Below the pieces are notes generated by a model, which was not told the origin of the DNA, searched no databases, and saw only the letters and a list, made by a program, of their open reading frames with translations. The translations under genes and the position numbers were made by a program. A DNA stretch of 64,000 nucleotides from an uncultured Pseudomonadota bacterium (GTDB lineage: Bacteria > Oederibacteriota > Muellerivitia > Muellerivitales > Muellerivitaceae): the NCBI GenBank assembly GCA_963770835.1, contig CAVYRH010000003.1, forward strand, positions 32,001 to 96,000, in the 5' to 3' direction. Each line of letters starts with the position of its first letter. The stretch's first letter is position 1. Below are positions 61,001 to 64,000 of the stretch, piece after piece.

Positions 61001-64000
61001 ATACCCACGGGCTCTTGGCCATCAAGGACCCCCTGCTCCAGACGCCCATCCGAAACGACTACGACGCCAATGGCAGGCTCGTCGACACCTACGACGCGAA
61101 CAACAACAAGATCACCTACAATTACAACCTGGCCGCCAACAGTGAATCGGTGACCGACCGGGCGGACGCGCCCACCAGCTATGTCTACGACGACGAGGGG
61201 AACGTTACCCAGGAAACCGACCCCCTGGGCAATGTGACCCATTACACCTATTCGTCCGACGGGTTCAACAACAAGACCAGCGAGCTTTTGCCGGGCAACT
61301 CGAGGGCCAACACTTATATCTACGGCGACCCCAACAACCCCCGCAGCATCACCGAGCAGGTCGACCCCGATGGCGACAAGACCTTTTACACCTACGACGG
61401 CCAGGGCCATGTACTGACGACGACCGACCCCAACGGCAACGTGGCCACCAATACCTACGACATCCACGGAAATCTTACGTCAAGCAAGGCCGCCCAGGAT
61501 CAGCCGCCTTCCGGCTACCAGTACGACCCCAATAGCAACTTGCTCCAGCAAACCGACCCGGCGGGGATCGTGACAGCCTACGGTTACGATTCCTCGGGCA
61601 ACCAGAATGCGGTGACGGTGGCCTATGGCCGCGCCAAACAGCAGGTCACCACTTACACTTACGATTCCAACGGCAACCGTTTAAGCCAGACGCTAAACAA
61701 CCCATCCGGGTAAGGCAACCAAACAACCCTCTACCAGTACGACGGCAACAACCGGCTGGTCACCACCATCTACCCTGACGGCACCAACACCAGCACCACC
61801 TACGATGCACTGGGCCACACGGTTTCCACGACGGACCAGAAGACAAGGGTGACTTTACATTATTACGATCCCATGGGCCGTGCCACGACCATCCAATACC
61901 CCGACAACCGCAAGAGCGTATACGACTACGACGTCAACGGGAACCGCCAGGACGACACCGAATACGGCACGGATGGAATATCCCGGAATACCCATACGGA
62001 TTACGACCAGGACAACCGGCCCTACGAGGTGGACTATACCATCGGCTCGACCCAGTCAAAATACAACCCTGGCCAAGGGGCGGTAACCCAGTTCGAGGAC
62101 GAAAACAACAACTTCACCTACAAGTATTACGACCAGGCCGGCCGCGCGACGTCCATCCTCGCCGGGGCTGGGGGCATCAACCAGGAAACCCAATACGGCT
62201 ACGACCCGAACGGCAACCAGACGGCAGTTACCGTGGCGAATCAAGTGCAGTCCAACACGGGTTACGACAGCCTCAATCGGGCCGCCACCGTCACCTACCC
62301 CTCCCCAGGGACAAATGTTGCCACCCATCATCACGACCTATGACCCGGATGGGCGGAAACTGAACCAGAACGACCTGGCTGGCAAGGTGACCAACTACGG
62401 CTACGACGGCCTGGGGCGCTTGACGGGCGTAACCCTGGTTTCATCCTCCGGCAACCAGGGCGAAAGCTACACCTACGACCAGGCGGGCGACGAGTTGAGC
62501 CAGACTGACGCCAACGGCCACACCACCCGCTACACCTACGACAACATGAACCGGCGCAAGAGCCGCACCCTTCCGGGCGGCCAAAAACGAGACCTACAAC
62601 AGCTACGACGCCACGGGCAACTTGACGTCCAAGACGACCTTCAACGGCCAGGTAATCGCCTACGCCTATACCCAGCTGGACGATAAACTTCAAACGGAGT
62701 CCCTGCCCGAGTACAACATCACCTTCAATTACGACGACTTCCTTCGCCGCCAGAGCATGACGGACGTGAGCGGGACAACCACCTACAATTACGATTCAAG
62801 GGACAGGATGACGGCCAAACAAGGCCCCGAGGGCACTCTTTCCTACACCTACTACAACCACGGGGAATTGGAGAGCGTTAAATCCTCTCTACCAACGGCA
62901 CTAACGTCAGTTACACATACGACTCCCTGAACCGGCTGACGACGGTGAATGACACCCATTGGACCGGGAATACAAGTTACACCTACGACCCCTTCGGCAA
63001 CCTGGCTTCCGTCAACAAGCCCAACGGCGAATCGGTGACTTACACCTATGACGTTTTGAACCGCCTGAACAGCATGGCGGCCACGGTCAACGGTTCGTCC
63101 ATTCGTTCCTACACCTACACTTTGGGCCCGAATGGCAACAGGACAAATGTGGCCCCGCAGCTCTCCAACCGGGCCGTGACCTACACCTACGACGACTTAT
63201 ATCGTCTCACGGGGGAAATTGTATCGAGTGACCCGGCGACCCAGAATATCGGGGCCATCAGCTACCAGTATGACGCCGTAGGGAACCGCACCAACCGGAC
63301 ATCGGGGATCACGGCCATTTCAAGCCAATCCCCGTCTTATGACGCCGGTGGGGACGACCGCATGACCTCGGACGGAACTTCCAGTTATTCCTATGACGCC
63401 AACGGCTCCACCACCCAAATAGGGCCAAACACTTACGCTTTTGACAGTTTAGGCCGGATGACCCAGGCCACGGTGGGGGACCACAACGACCACTTATGTT
63501 TACGATGGCGACGGGAACAAGATCCAGCAGGTGGTGAACAACGGGACGGGACCAGTGACCACAAGTTACCTAGTGGATTCCACCAACCCCACCGGCTACG
63601 CCCAGGTGCTTGAGGAAAACCAGGGTAGCGGTGTGAATTTGGTTTACACCTATGGTTCCAGCCGGATAAGTGAAGACCAGTACAACGGGACAAGTTGGAA
63701 TTTGAGCTTCTATGGCTATGACGGTCAAGGATCAGTGAGGTATTTGACCGACTCCCGCTTGGAACTAAAACGGATACTTACGATTACGATGCGTTTGGGA
63801 CACTTATTAACCAGACCCAGCCGTGGGTGCGCCCACCCCGAATGAGTTTTTCTTCGATGCCGAGCAATTAGATGGGAATTCAGGTTTCTACAACCTAAGA
63901 GCGCGTTGGATGAATGTTGGAATTGGAAGGTTCCAAACGATGGACAGTTTTGAAGGGCGTCAACAACCCCATTGAGTTTGCATAAATATGAATTTTCAGC
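58008..64000 (+). pseudogene. Large RHS/YD-repeat protein with malectin-like domains and Thr/Pro linkers; 5' truncated at repeat 10, multiple frameshifts
   Basis: Three LY...R......Y.F.VPNG.Y.V.L.FAE malectin-like units, RTYDSR...GDFG.GW, many YD repeats, RHS core (D.QGSVR, YNLRARW...GRF...D) at window end. Confidence 0.85.

Overview
Bacterial accessory region. Bases 1-5.4 kb are a cell-envelope glycosyltransferase cluster. From 5.4 to 15.2 kb there is an integron-like run of single co-oriented genes separated by a short (~30 bp) palindromic site, consensus TTGTCCACGACGGGGACCCNTCGTGGACA, which is not an attC. Group II introns and an IS110/IS1111 element insert at this site. The last cassette is a stand-alone cas1 (internal TAG) plus a divergent cas2. 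The main observation follows 22 bp later: ten identical 37-bp CRISPR-like direct repeats (CCTGCACATGCCTGTCGCAAAAAGGATAGTGTGCAAC, 16634-58007) whose 'spacers' are 1.1-12.1 kb DNA fragments rather than 30-40 bp. Most fragments are cut through genes at one or both ends, and almost all their genes are co-oriented. They carry RHS toxin/immunity pieces, defence and SOS genes, surface proteins, IS fragments, a second hairpin-cassette array, and a copy of the locus' own cas1-cas2-leader. No Cas effector is visible in the window. My inference is a Cas1-Cas2-driven kilobase-scale DNA/gene-capture array. All calls were made by eye from motifs, with no database searches, and an assembly artefact must be excluded with raw long reads.
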